Counted from the first letter of the whole stretch, positions 40,544 through 53,728 are shown. The stretch is DNA of 62,763 nt, filler included, from Bipalium vagum (GCA_037834085.1; 3 parts of 3 records of this genome joined end to end with filler, not necessarily neighbours in it); one strand, 5' to 3'. Program-made: numbers and translations. Notes: generated from the letters alone by a model not told the origin.

Positions 40544-41053
40544 ACTATCAGTTATCGCGTTGGTCGGGTTTTCCACGAAAATCGAATATTATTGATAAAT
40601 GGTCTCCATTTTTTTATGTTTTACTTTAAAAGCTTTTTTCAATTAAATTATATAACGTTCTTATAATATATTGACAATGCCTGTAATGTTTCGACGGGGT
40701 TCCTGTGCGCAGTTTAATCAACTAGGATGTAATGGATGATTGAGTGGATGACGGAAGGCGTGGGTGGATGTTTGGGTCTGGGAGAATGGAACAACGTATG
40801 GATGTCTGTGATTTATGTGTATTGTATTGGAAATGGAAGCACTGTGAATTTGATGTATAAAAAAAGACCGTTTCATGAACCGAGAGTGACAGCTGAAATA
40901 AGTTTCATAACGTTTTCTCCTGTGTTTAAATCGCCCGACAAAAACGACGCGGCAAAACAAAAATTATCTCTATTAATTTTCCAATTCTTAGACTCTTCTT
41001 TCTTCTTTTGTTTGTCTAGGTGAAAATGTTGAGATGTACACAAAATATTGATT

Positions 41054-41092
41054 AATAAATATTTATTTCTGTTGTTTGGGGTTTTTTGTTTT
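41054..41092 (+). terminator. Likely polyadenylation signal of the NCS gene
   Basis: AATAAA at 41054-41059 followed by a GT/T-rich downstream element (ctgttgtttggggttttttgtttt), about 510 nt after the stop. Confidence 0.5.
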
Positions 41093-42480
41093 AATCGGAC
41101 GTGACATGTTGGCCACCAGACCGATGTCGGCTCCAGGTCCGGTCTTTTGAGACGGGAGAAAGACGTCGCCAGATCCATTCCACGAAATGTCGATGGAGGA
41201 TCAATTAAATAACTTTTCCCTATCTGATGTAGCGCTGCTCCTCCATTGATTGAATTGACGATTTTCGCCTAGATTAGCCGGCTCAGATTCGGTCTGGAAT
41301 TAGGGGAAGTCTCGTAAAAAATAATTAAAAAGAAACCGTCATTATTCTATTACTGGTGGAGAAAATTGGAGATTTTCCCTTTATTCTCACTTAATTTATA
41401 TATCCATTTATTTATTTATATTTTCCTCATTTACCACGAACGAAGAGCGGAGAGAAACGATATTAGTTTTAACGATGCATTTCTTTCAAAAACCAACTCC
41501 AGAAAAACATTCCTCGGAAATTTGTTTTAATGAACCAATAATCAGGTTTTATTTATTTATTTCTCAATCGCTCATCAAAGTCTGTTGGGTAAAATATTGA
41601 GGAAAAAATTTAATTCCGCGGATTTTTTCGTGAAAAAACAATTTTTTGTACTATTTGGTTTTATTAATTATATTTAATTAATAATTATAATATTTTAATA
41701 ATTTTTTAATTTTTATTAATTTTATTATTGTTCATAATTTTAATAATATTACTAAATTTAATAATTTTTAAAATTTTACCAAATTGAATTATTTAAAATT
41801 TTATAATTATTTAAAATATTTTGTATAATTTAATAATTTTAAAAATATTAATGATTTCAATAAAATTAGTAATTTTATTATATATATTATTAATCATATT
41901 AATAATTTTAATTTTAATAATTTGATTTAATTATAATTAATTATTTAATTTTTTAATTAATTATATTATTTTAAATATTTATCAAAATTAATGATTTTTA
42001 TTATTTTTAAAATTTTAATAATTTTCAATAAATTTAACAAATTGAATTATTTTTAAAAATTTGATTTTTTAATAATTTTATTAAAATTATTTTTAGTTAT
42101 TTTATTAATATTAAGAATTTTAATATTAAACAGTTTTTATATTTGTTTTTATAATTTTAATAATTTGTACAATTTTAGTAATTTTTATTTTACTAATTAT
42201 TTATATTATTTTAAATATTTTGATTATTTTAGTTATTTTATGAATATGAGGATTTTAATATTTTTTTTAATTTTTATTATTTTAAAAATTTTAATATTTT
42301 TCAATTTTACTTATTTTAAATATTTTTGAAATTTTAATAATTTTATAAATTTAACAAATTGAATTATTTTAAATATTTTAGTAATTTAATAATATTGCTA
42401 ATTTTATTAAAAATTAATATTTGTAATAATAATTTAATATATTTTATAATTTTAATAATTTGTGTAATTTTAATAATTAT

Positions 42481-42558
42481 TAATAATTTTAATAATAATT
42501 AATAATTTTAATAATAATTAATAATTTTAATAATAATTAATAATTTTAATAATAATTT
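42481..42558. repeat. 19-bp AT-only minisatellite, about 4 copies
   Basis: Unit taataattttaataataat. Confidence 0.85.
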
Positions 42559-43199
42559 AAATGTAGTTTTAATTTTAATTTCATTTTTTTATTCAACTTT
42601 AATTTTAATAATAAAATTTATCATAAGACAAATGAATGACAGCGTAAATTTATAAGCATCATTTTTGTCACAGTTTCATTCAACACCGCTGTGCGCGGTA
42701 AGACCTTGCCCTGGAAAACCCCGCGATATCTAATGACATAAAAGCGCTTTTTTAATAGTGACGCCTGAGGCCAGTGAATTTAATTCAGTTAATCAAACAA
42801 GAAATAACCTCGATTTCAGATGGGTTGTGCTCACCATTTAACGATACTTTATAATGAGTTTTAAGAGCTGAAAACAGGTTCACATTCACTGTCCTAAGTA
42901 TTCATGAAGTAAATTATTTTCCAAAAGATCGAGAGATTTTTTCATGTCTTACCTTATTGTAACATTTTAATTCAATTCTTAACCTTCCAAGTAGGGTATT
43001 CATGAAACATGAAGGTAAAACATAGGTAATAATTGAAGTTCGAGGTATAGCGATAAATAATACGAATTTACTTAAATCGGTTCACTGACATATGGTAATA
43101 TAATTGTGAAGATTTGTTGTGCCAAGAGATTCTCAACCCCGGTGAAACTGTTAAGAGTGTTACCAAGGTTAGGGCTCAATCAAAAATTAATTTCAAAGT

Positions 43200-43460
43200 T
43201 CCAGAGTGAACATCTAACGCATTTCAGAGATGTGGACTGTGAAGTGCTCTTCCACGCACCATATTGACCAGATCTTGCATGTTCTGATTGTCACCTGTTC
43301 TAGCCAATGACACATGACCTTGCAAAGCAGCACACTGAAAAGTAAGTTGATGCCCAAAAATAGGTCTCTGAACAGTTCTCCTCAAAATCAGAGGTTTTTT
43401 GGGGTGGTATTCCAAAATTAACTGAAAGATGAGAGAAATGTCAAGGCGCATAAACCGAAA
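43200..43460 (+). mobile_element. Mariner transposase C-terminal relic
   Basis: CEVLFHAPY*PDLACSDCHLF*PMTHDLAKQH...FSSKSEVFWGGIPKLTER*EKC, matching the WEVLPH..YSPDLAPSDYHLF...GI..L.ERW.KC pattern. Confidence 0.85.
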
Positions 43461-44779
43461 ACAAATAATCCGTAAGGTAAGTAACCGCGGAAGATAGTCA
43501 ACCTTTCTCCGTAATCTTTTACCAGTTTCAGCGATCTCATAAAGCGGAACCACCAAGAACGTCGTTAATCTTAAAATCACGTGACATCGCTGTTGCCCTG
43601 ACTCTAATGCACACTGTATTGTCGCGATTACACGAGACATTTTCAGAATAATATTAATTTTTTCAAACACGCGCCAAATTTTTGGAGGTATTTAAACAAA
43701 ACGTTTGTTCAATAAATTAATATAAAATGCCATTTTATTTTATTTTTTTTGACTAATCACAGAGACTCCTTAAAGAAAAAAAATCGATTTTGCTTTTTAG
43801 AGATAATAAACGTTAATCATCACTGTCCTGTAATGTTGATTTAAACAAAAAAAATCTAATTTTTAATAATAATTGTTTTTTTATTATTAATTTTTGATTT
43901 TAAGGGATAATTATAAAATAATAAATAAATAAATAATATTTTTTTAAATATTATAAAGACTCTTCCCGGCTGTTCCAAACCGCAACGGATCCGGCTTCCC
44001 TAAACCTTGCTTCGAGCAGTCTCACTTGATTTCCTTTTTTTCTTTGATCTTTTCCATTTCGACATTAACCAAGGGGGGCATAATAAATGATTTTCATTCC
44101 CTTCGATATTAACTTTTGTAAAATGGGAAGAGTTGAGCTCGTTTCCCCCCAAAAATTGTTGAAGATCATTTTCACGTTTTTGTTTAATTACCGTATAAGT
44201 TCGACTGATGGAAGAAATCCTCCCCTCAAGTCCGCGACCTGTTGGGTGCCAATTAAAACAAGGTGATGGTTCCGTATCACTGTCCGAGACCGGCATTTTA
44301 ATTAAATTATTCGTACTTTTTCGATTTTCCCCCCAATACTTTTTCCAACCAGAATTCCCGAAGATTAACTGGGGCCCTCGGCCGGAGGAAAAGAAAAGAA
44401 ATCGTTTAAATGAAGTGAAAAAATACTACGAAAAACTTGCCTGAAAAATTCCCTCGGACATTTTTTGGAATATTTAACATTTTTTATAGGCGAAAAATTG
44501 TAAAAATGTTTTTCATTTTTTTACAAAAAATTTCTTAAGGCGCGTCCTTTTACGACAAAATATCACAAATATGATCAAAAGACCGGGGTTATAACAATAC
44601 AATGCTTTCTGTAGTTGTTGTTTCAATGAGTCCTGAATATAATCAATAAATTGGTGGATTAAAACAAAAGTTCGCAAATATATCAGAAGTTATTTATATA
44701 GTTTTAATTGAATTTCAAAGAAAATAATTAAAATTATTTGAAACAGAGTAATAATAATAATTAAAATAAATAATAATTA

Positions 44780-44885
44780 AAATAAAAAATAATTTAAATA
44801 AAAATAATTTAAATAAAAATAATTTAAATAAATATAATTTAAATAAAAATAATTTAAATAATAATAATTTAAATAAAAATAATTA
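44780..44885. repeat. 15-bp AT-only minisatellite, about 6-7 copies
   Basis: Unit aaataaaaataattt with minor variants. Confidence 0.85.
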
Positions 44886-45092
44886 CATAATATTATTATG
44901 GTACTAGAAACAAAAATAATTAAATTAAAATAATTAAAATAATTAAAAATTGTAATAAAAAAAAATAACAAAAACAATAAAATAAGATTTTAAAAAAAAA
45001 TAAAAAATAATAAGAATCACATAAGTGAAAATTAACAAAAATAGAAAAAATGTAATGAAAAAAAATAATAAAAATATTTATTAATAAAAATA

Positions 45093-45230
45093 NNNNNNNN
45101 NNNNNNNNNNNNNNNNNNNNNNNNNNNNNNNNNNNNNNNNNNNNNNNNNNNNNNNNNNNNNNNNNNNNNNNNNNNNNNNNNNNNNNNNNNNNNNNNNNNN
45201 NNNNNNNNNNNNNNNNNNNNNNNNNNNNNN
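45093..45230. other. Assembly gap (N run)
   Basis: Run of N. Confidence 0.99.
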
Positions 45231-46158
45231 AAGAAGCGGTGGAAAACAGTTGTAAGGATATAACAGTTAAACACTTTCTTATATTTAAGAATGCAAAGCC
45301 GAATCTCCTAGACCTCGTAAAAGTAACAAATACCCAAGAAAATTTAACTGAAACAGTCTCACAATTTTGGTTTTCAGTTCTGAAACAGTCGGTCTTAACT
45401 GGTTTCGCAGAGTACCTGCTTGAAAAGATCCCTGCCAGGCTTCATGAACTAGACTAAAAGAAGACATTGGGAATCCTGTGAATGGAGCAGTCAAATAGCT
45501 TCATCAACCGCTTGGTTACTGCCCACATATAACTTAACGCATGAGCAGTTTGCAAAGCTCATTACCTCAACAATCAGAGCTTTGTAGGAATTATTTTGTC
45601 AAACTCCCGTTTGTGGCCGACCGTCGCGGCGCCTATTATGTCGTTGCGCTGCTCAGTCAAGCTCAGTCAAAACCATAGAAAATTGTAAAATAATTCTTCT
45701 ATTCATTCGAGCTCAATGAGAGTTACATAGAAATAACTCGGCGAATTCGTCTCGACCACTTTCGACTTGGTTCAGCCGGAGCTCCTGATACTGAAGAGCA
45801 AACAAACGAGTCATGGATATCATAACTCTTTGGAAAATGAGGATCAGGAGAGAGTTGACTTTCATTCATATTTACTGTCCTCTTCATTTCAGGCTGGCTA
45901 ACATTGTTGCCATTCTCAGCACCACTTACACATTGAAGAGGACATCATTCTCGTAAATTTGGATCCACTAAAATGTTGCTTATACATTAGAACCTTTTTT
46001 TGCGAACTTCGATGAAAAACAATTATTATAATTACCTTTTTAATATTATTATTATTATTATTATCATTATTATTATTCAACTTATTGATTCTGCTCCTCG
46101 TTTGAATTCTCTATTGTTGTTCTAGGTTAATTCCGCTTTTCTTTTTGGCTGAAAGTTT

Positions 46159-46196
46159 CTTATATAGTTTCCAGTTTTCCTCCATCAACCAATCAC
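46159..46196 (-). promoter_or_regulatory. Possible TATA box plus CCAAT box core promoter
   Basis: Minus-strand CTATATAAG (46167-46159) with an NF-Y-like AACCAATCAC about 20 bp upstream, inside a GC-enriched patch. No downstream gene identified. Confidence 0.2.
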
Positions 46197-46400
46197 TACT
46201 CTCAACAGGGATATCTTCTCTCTTTTCTCTTTGCCCAAGTAGAAACCCGAAACTTTCAATTTCTAAACTCAACTTGACAATTAGTTGCCTTAGCTGAATA
46301 ATTGATTTGCGACTGCTTTCGGTAACAAGCCGACAATCTCCTTGTTCCTGCTTGGCTCAACAGCTCCTCTTTTCCATTAAGAAAATAAAACTCCGGGAGA

Positions 46401-46451
46401 TTTAATTATTCAGCTCCGCTCAAACGTGTTCGCCCGAGCTGAATAATTAAA
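46401..46451. repeat. Perfect 16-bp inverted repeat with 19-nt spacer
   Basis: tttaattattcagctc (46401-46416) and gagctgaataattaaa (46436-46451). Confidence 0.9.
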
Positions 46452-46571
46452 GGATTGAGTTCCTGACTAAAATTGTACAGAAAAATAAATATTTATTTTT
46501 TTATGGAAAAGTGGTTATTATCAGTTACCATTTTCCCATTAGTAATATTATTATAATTTTTAATATAATTA

Positions 46572-46671
46572 NNNNNNNNNNNNNNNNNNNNNNNNNNNNN
46601 NNNNNNNNNNNNNNNTTAATTAATTAANNNNNNNNNNNNNNNNNNNNNNNNNNNNNNNNNNNNNNNNNNNN
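46572..46671. other. Artificial contig-join spacer (44 N + TTAATTAATTAA + 44 N)
   Basis: Same structure as 25092-25191. Confidence 0.95.
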
Positions 46672-46680
46672 AATAATAAT

Positions 46681-46682
<2 letters not shown>

Positions 46683-46748
<66 letters not shown>
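46683..46748. repeat. (ATT)n microsatellite
   Basis: About 21 uninterrupted ATT units. Confidence 0.95.
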
Positions 46749-48748
46749 CAATTGTTGATTAATTCTAATTATTCTTCAGCTGAGAATTTTATAAATTTAT
46801 TCATTTAATTTTGTAAATAAAGATAAATAATATATTTAAAAAAATTCATAAAATGAATGTGATTACAATAAAAAATATTTGAGATTTTTCTGAGATTTGA
46901 CTAAATTATTAAATTAATGTTTTATTATTAATTAAATTCATATTAATATAAATTATAATAAACATGATAATGACATCAGATTTAATTTAATTAAATGTAT
47001 AACTGACATTTCCTCTTTATTTTATTTTAATTATTATTTTAAAAATTTTTATTTACTGAATTCCTTTTGCAAAATAAATTAATTATTCAAATAAAAACAA
47101 GACATTATATAAACCATTTCTTATTTAAAGGAAATTCTGAAACTATAATCTGTAAAGTTATATCATATTTAATTGAAATCTTTTTGATTTGATCTACAAA
47201 AACCGTTTTGAGTTGTAAATATATATTTCAATATAAAAATGAAATCTCAAGTTTATTTACTTAAGGTAACAGTCATAATTTCAAATCGTATCAAATAATA
47301 TATTATTTAATAATATTAATAAATATAGGAATGAATAGATTAAAATTTTATGGTAATAATTATAATAATAATAATTAATATTATTAATATTATTGTATTA
47401 TTTAATATAATGAGCATTAATAATATTTATATTAAAATTATTTAATATTATTACTATTATTATAATTTAATATTAATATTTGTTAACCAAATATATTAAA
47501 TATAATATATTATTAATAAATATAAAATTAAGATATATTTGTTTTAATATTGTGCGATATCATCATTCCTTTAATGTTTACGGAATATTCAAATTTTCAT
47601 ATTAAAATATTACATTGGTTCTCAAGTAATGATCGTTTTTATCAGGTTACTTTATTTATTGTTTGTTGAGATAATTTTTGTTTAAGTTTTACAATGTTAT
47701 ATATAAATTTAAAGCGCATTTACACCTGCTATTAGGAAAGTTGATTGTATAAATTTATTTAAATTTGTAAACAATTTTAGAAATGATTTCAAATCCAAAA
47801 ATTTTGATTATTCTTCTACGTTGATTGAAACTTTGACACAATATTGCGAAAGTGACATGAAACGCAATTCAGATGTTGGATGATCAAACAACCTAACTTT
47901 AAGAATTTTCAACCGGCAATACCACATTCTAAGGTTAAGAGAGTATAACATCATGGTGATATATCATCATAGTTTTGTTATATTAGTGGTGTAAATAAAC
48001 CATTATTGTCAAGAATTGTGTCCAAAAAAGTCGACAGCACCAATCATCTAAGGGTTCTTTTGCTCAGCTACCCATAACATCATAAAAATTGTAAAATCTT
48101 TGGTAAAAATACTAAATTATGATCCACATAGACCAAGTACCAACAGATTTGCAGTATTTCATATTCCGGATATATCTGCGTGGTAGAATGATAAAAAATT
48201 ACTTCAATAATTCGATTATGTTTACAAGTCTGAAAGTTTAAACATTTGGAATAAATAAGTTTTAAAATGATTGGATACCAAATCATTGAATTTTAATAAA
48301 ACAAGCTTTGTTTAAACCGAATTATTGATTTTTAAATTATTTGATAAGATCAAAAAATAACTTTGCACCATAATAATTTTTAAAAGAAAAAATTTCAATT
48401 TTTATCATACAATTTTATTAGATTTCGACCGGTGAAGAAAAAAAAATCGTTAAGATTTTTATAATTTTTCAATCATAATGATTTTAATGATTGAAAATAA
48501 AATCAAATTTCTTGTAATATTTTTGTAAAATCAACAAGAAATCCTAATTAATATTCGTAACTCAGAGTAATTATTAATTGTCAATAAATATTAATAAAAA
48601 AATTACCTAGCATGAAATAATGAATGACATTTCAGATACAACTTTTTTTTATAAATCATTATCATTATTAAAAATTTAAGAAATTGAAACGAAAATTGGT
48701 TTGTTCGGAGGATTGTTTCCTATTTCTTTCGTATTTTTATTGTAAAGC

Positions 48749-48826
<78 letters not shown>
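48749..48826. repeat. (AAT)n microsatellite
   Basis: About 26 uninterrupted AAT units. Confidence 0.95.
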
Positions 48827-51033
48827 CATAAATATAATTATATAATAATATTAATAAATATAATATTAATAATAAAAATAAAAATAATAATAATTTTATT
48901 TAAACAAAGAATATTTAGCTAATTTTAGGCAAAATTCGTTAATGAAGAAAAGAAATTATTAATTGATATCTGTGAAGTGCAACGAAAGGATATGTTCAAT
49001 AATATTATTAATAAATATGAAATTGAAATAAATACTGACCAAATGAATAATAATTGGAATAAATAAAATTCAGTGGGTATTTATTTTAATACGAAAATTT
49101 CGTTGACTGAAAATGATTAATATAAATATTTATAGAAATCAAATAATAATGATAATATGTTGGTGCGTATGAAATTCACTTCGGTATGAATTTTGTGATC
49201 GCCACTTATGAAAGACGAGGTAAATGATCTAAAACGTTTTTATCAAAATAAACATTGGGAAATGTTATAAATTTGTTTTAAGGCGAAAACAATTTACATT
49301 TTTTAATGTGTCATTGAAAAATTTAGCCAATATGAATATAACAAAACGCAAAAGTTGTAACTGGAAAAATTCAAAATAAATGGTGGCACGAAATTATCTT
49401 CCTTTCGTAATTTCATCACAGATATCCGAATCTGTTAGCATTGAGTTCTTATGTTATTTTTTATCACATTCACAAAACAGATAAAAATCTTCTCTTTTCA
49501 TGATCTCATCAATATTTTTTTCATCAATTAATATGTCTGGATCATTTTCTGCTATTTTTCAGTTGAAAATTAATCAGACATAGTGGGATTCGAACCCGAG
49601 ACTAATTTTCAATTTATCGCACACAACCTTTAAAAATACCTCGAAGATGATTTGAGAAATTCTTATCAAATAGAATTTTTCATTCATGAAAAATCCTTTA
49701 TTGACTTGAAACAGTTTCGGAAACTTTGATTAATGAAACTCTAACCCAATGTCACAAAAATTGTAAAACAACTATTGATTCAAACAAGTACATACCATTG
49801 GAAAAGAACAAACAACAAAATGGTTACATACTTTTTACAAAAAGAGTGGTAGACCCATTACTCAGATTACTTTAATAGAAACACTTATAAACCTTAACAT
49901 GAGATGAAGGATCGAAAAATTAACTGGAACAAAAATATTTATGCCTACAAATCAATTCTTTATTTTTTATAAAATCTTACCGAATACAAATATGTAGAAA
50001 AAATTTATAATTTATTTTATTTTTCAGTACCCCCTTGGGTTAACTTAATAATATTTTTGAATTATCTAAAAATTTTTAATTCTTTAATCCAAATTAAAAT
50101 TTTAAAGTATGCAAATGTGCTCAAGACAGTTTTGATTTATTTTATTAAAAAACCATAGTAATGGTATTGGTTTCGCTCTAGAACCCCTTACTCCAATGTG
50201 ATATCATGCCGGAGAGTGACGATGAAGAATTTCTCTTTTCGATTATTCCATTTCTGTTTGGGAATTGAATTTTTCAACCAATTGGATAGGGGATTTTAGC
50301 ATATATAGCATTGGTCGTCAGTGATGCACGAATTCCCTATTGAAGAGGATAATTTGCGAGATGGGTACAATGCCTGTAATTTCAACTAAGGTCTGTCTAA
50401 TGTGTCTATCATTCTTGCTTTGTAATATTCCCAATCAAATGATATTATATATGATAGGATATGATCTCGATCTCATGTTTTTAAATCCTTTTTAACTATT
50501 TCATTGGGAAGCGCCATTTTATATTTAATTAATTATTATTTCATAGATATAATTTAAAGTGTATATAATATATTTTATAATTAATACATCTCACAATTTC
50601 TACATTTCAATAAAAAAATAACAATAACGATTTTCAATAGGTTTTTTGTTTTAATTTTTAAAGATTATAATTCTTGTCAATAAAATGTAGAAAATTTAAA
50701 AGATTTTTTAAATTTTTATTTCTAAGAAGTTATTTAAAATTAATTAATCGAACCATTTCTTTTAGTAATCTAATTTTAAAGGATGAACCAATCAAAATTT
50801 GGACAATTTTCTCATATATTAAATTATAATTATATTAAAATTAATTATATTAATTATAATTAAATTATAATCGTATTAATATTATAAAGATTTAATTAAT
50901 AAGCTAGCAAAATTTTAGTATAGTTTTGGGCTGAAATTTGATTAACTTTCACATTTAGAAGTTCTTTTATATTCTGAAAATCTGGAAACTTTGGTGCTCG
51001 ACGGAGACACTCCTTTGCGATCTGTTAAGACAG

Positions 51034-51272
51034 TTAGCATATCATCTTATAGCCAAAGCTTTTTAATAGCGCTTGGTATCTTGAACAACCGAATCTAGTC
51101 ATTAAGACTGGAGTTGTCGTAGGCTGATCCTCCTGGTATGAGGGATAGGAAATCCAGTTGGTATTGGAGTCAGAATTTCCTATATCGTCGTTACCAGTAA
51201 TTGGATCTGAGCCGCCAGACACTCGATAATAGGGCACAACACTTTTGGTTGATATGTGCACCGGATAAATAT
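51034..51272 (-). CDS. Putative terminal exon of an uncharacterised small protein
   Basis: Acceptor ctttttctttttaaaaAG (phase 1), then 79 codons of balanced composition in an AT-rich context: IYPVHISTKSVVPYYRVSGGSDPITGNDDIG...RFGCSRYQALLKSFGYKMIC*. Confidence 0.5.
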
Positions 51273-51361
51273 CTTTTTAAAAAGAAAAAGTTAAATTAAA
51301 CCCATTGTTTATTGTATTATTCCTAAACTTGTAACCATGTATTTCAAAACTTATTTCTCAC

Positions 51362-51388
51362 CAAAATCAGAGAGCGAATTTGTAAGAT
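51362..51388 (-). CDS. Putative 27-nt micro-exon of the same gene
   Basis: tttttacaAG|atcttacaaattcgctctctgattttg|GTGAGA, phase 1-1, with an 89-nt intron to the 51272 exon. Confidence 0.3.
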
Positions 51389-52107
51389 CTTGTAAAAATA
51401 TTCAAAACATCAGTGTAAACGTGATCTTATCAAAACATTTGACAATTTTAACTAAAATTTGGAAGACGATTAATGATAGACACACAAGGGGCTCAAAGTC
51501 TTTCAAAATATTGTAAAAATCACAATCCTTAGATCAAAATCAAGGATTCAATGTGACATTGCCAATTGTCAAAGCTCCAAACTTTCTAAACCTAAAATAT
51601 GATAAAATCTTTGTACATATGTCTCATCGCCAAAGGTAGTGTCACATTAACCAAGCGAAATTATGTGAAATTGAAAATGATTGATTTAATTAATGGAAAA
51701 ATAAAAATCTTTACAACTCGGACCATAAAATGGCTTTGGTTTCGTGAGTTCCAAGCCCAGTGACCCAGTGATAATTTTTTATCAAGAAATAATAAATAAT
51801 AATAAAGTTTATTGGTGCAGATCATCAGAAAAAGTCGAAAAGAAAACTATCGAATCTCTCAATGGCATTTCTAAGTAGTGACATAATAATAAATTGTATG
51901 AAACAAAAATCAAAGCGTAAAAGTGATATCCATTCAGCATGTATGTACTAACATCATCGTTATTATATGATGTACATAAGTATGATGTATGATGTATATA
52001 TAATGATGTGGACAATGTAACCAATGAATGTGCTGATTTATTTAAATTTTCTATTTTAATCAGATTCGTTTCGATCATTTAATCGGCTTCACAAATACAT
52101 TTTCGAT

Positions 52108-52402
52108 ATGGAATGGAAATTATTTTTTCTTGTTCTTATCATTTATGTTTATAGAGACGCCAATTCTATCACAGATGACCATCTGGATCATATCCGACAA
52201 CAACATGCCTTAAGCAAGTTCAAAAGACAATTGCTGGCAACATTACATTTGACAGAATCGGATACTAAGATCTCCGATCCACTTCCCAGAAAGAAATGGT
52301 TGAAGATACCGAAATCCGTTCGAAAACGTCTTGAATCTACAAACCTTAACAGCAAGAAAACTGATTTTGAAATGAAACAATTGTTCATACCGGTTAACAA
52401 AG
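52108..52402 (+). CDS. TGF-beta superfamily ligand (activin/myostatin/TGF-beta type), exon 1
   Basis: Signal peptide MEWKLFFLVLIIYVYRDANS and prodomain helix ALSKFKRQLLATLHL. Donor AAG|GTAAAA, phase 1. Confidence 0.82.
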
Positions 52403-53728
52403 GTAAAAAGATCTTGAGAGATGAATTTTTATTATTTTATTTCATTAATACACAGCCTTTTTCTTTGAACACCATAAAGTAAAGTGAACCACAGTCTTTC
52501 ACGTTTTTCTCAAATACAGAGAATTATTATTAGAACAATACAAGAAATAATTCATCTTCAAACCTCCAAAGAGATTTTGGTGTTCATATAAGATGAAAAG
52601 AAACCAAGTTTATATTAAGGCTCAGAGCATTTTTGAACAGGTCAGTCTCCACCTACAATGATTCTTAGCATGTTCATCTTTACTCTGTGATTCACTTATG
52701 ATTGACAAGACAGCTGCCAGGGTCATTGTTTCCATCTCTGACATCTCTAAACTTTTATATTATTATTATACACTCTATTATTATTATTATATATAAATGA
52801 TCTACATGATCACTGGTATCCATTCTTCAATTCTAATGAATTCTGAAGGAATTTGCTAATAATTTTTGTCTCTTGTCTCGTCTCAAAGATAATTTCTATT
52901 ATTATAGAAGAAAATACAAGTTTTCTTAAATTTCATTGTGATACATCCTTTGAACTTTGAGTGAGGAAAGGATAATTAATGATCAGTATTAATTAATAAT
53001 TAGTGGAAATATTATTTACATATATTTTTCCACCTGAAATCGATATAATGATCCATTCCGTAGTACATTCAAAGATGGACCCAATGCAAATCGGAATTCT
53101 TCATCATTATCTTTGACGAAAAATATTCAGACATTTTTTCGATATTTTATCTACCCTTCCTTCATTTAATGTTGAAAATTATTATTATTATTAATCTTTA
53201 CAAATATTTTTTCTAACTTTTTTAAAATGACAAGAAAATTTTCTTTGTAATTTTTGGGTTTTATTTACTCCCATTAAAGGATTTAACTTTTCTCAAATAA
53301 AAAATTATTAATATTAAATTAATTAATATATATTATAATTATAATAATTATGAATGAAAAACAATTTGAATTAGATAAACAAGTTAAATTGATTTTGGAG
53401 GTAAAATCGAACAGAGAAATGAGTTCTCTTGACTTAGAAGATCATTAATAATAAATATTTTTATTATTTTCTTTTTTATTATTGTTTTTTAATGTAATTT
53501 ATTCCATTATACAACAAAATTTTAAAATGTTTTCTTTTATGAAATAATTTGTTTTAATAAAGTGAAACAAATTTAAAATCTTCTTCAATAAAATATGAAA
53601 TAAAATTAGAACATCAAAATACACATTTATAATTTTATGAGAACCAAAACTAATAATAAATAATAAATAAATAAAGATATATAATTATTTTTATGAGAGA
53701 TTTCTTCATTATTTTATACTTTCTGTAG

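Noticed and set aside
43224-43670. 148-aa minus-strand ORF, the longest in the track
   Set aside because: Its 3' half is the antisense shadow of a plus-strand mariner C-terminus (HAPY*PDLACSDCHLF).
45231-45960. Coding-like stretch right after the gap
   Set aside because: Multiple stops and no recognisable motif. Probably an unclassified repeat relic.
49582-49602. tRNA T-arm/B-box-like GGGTTCGAATCCC on the minus strand
   Set aside because: No acceptor, D or anticodon arms nearby. At most a SINE or tRNA remnant.
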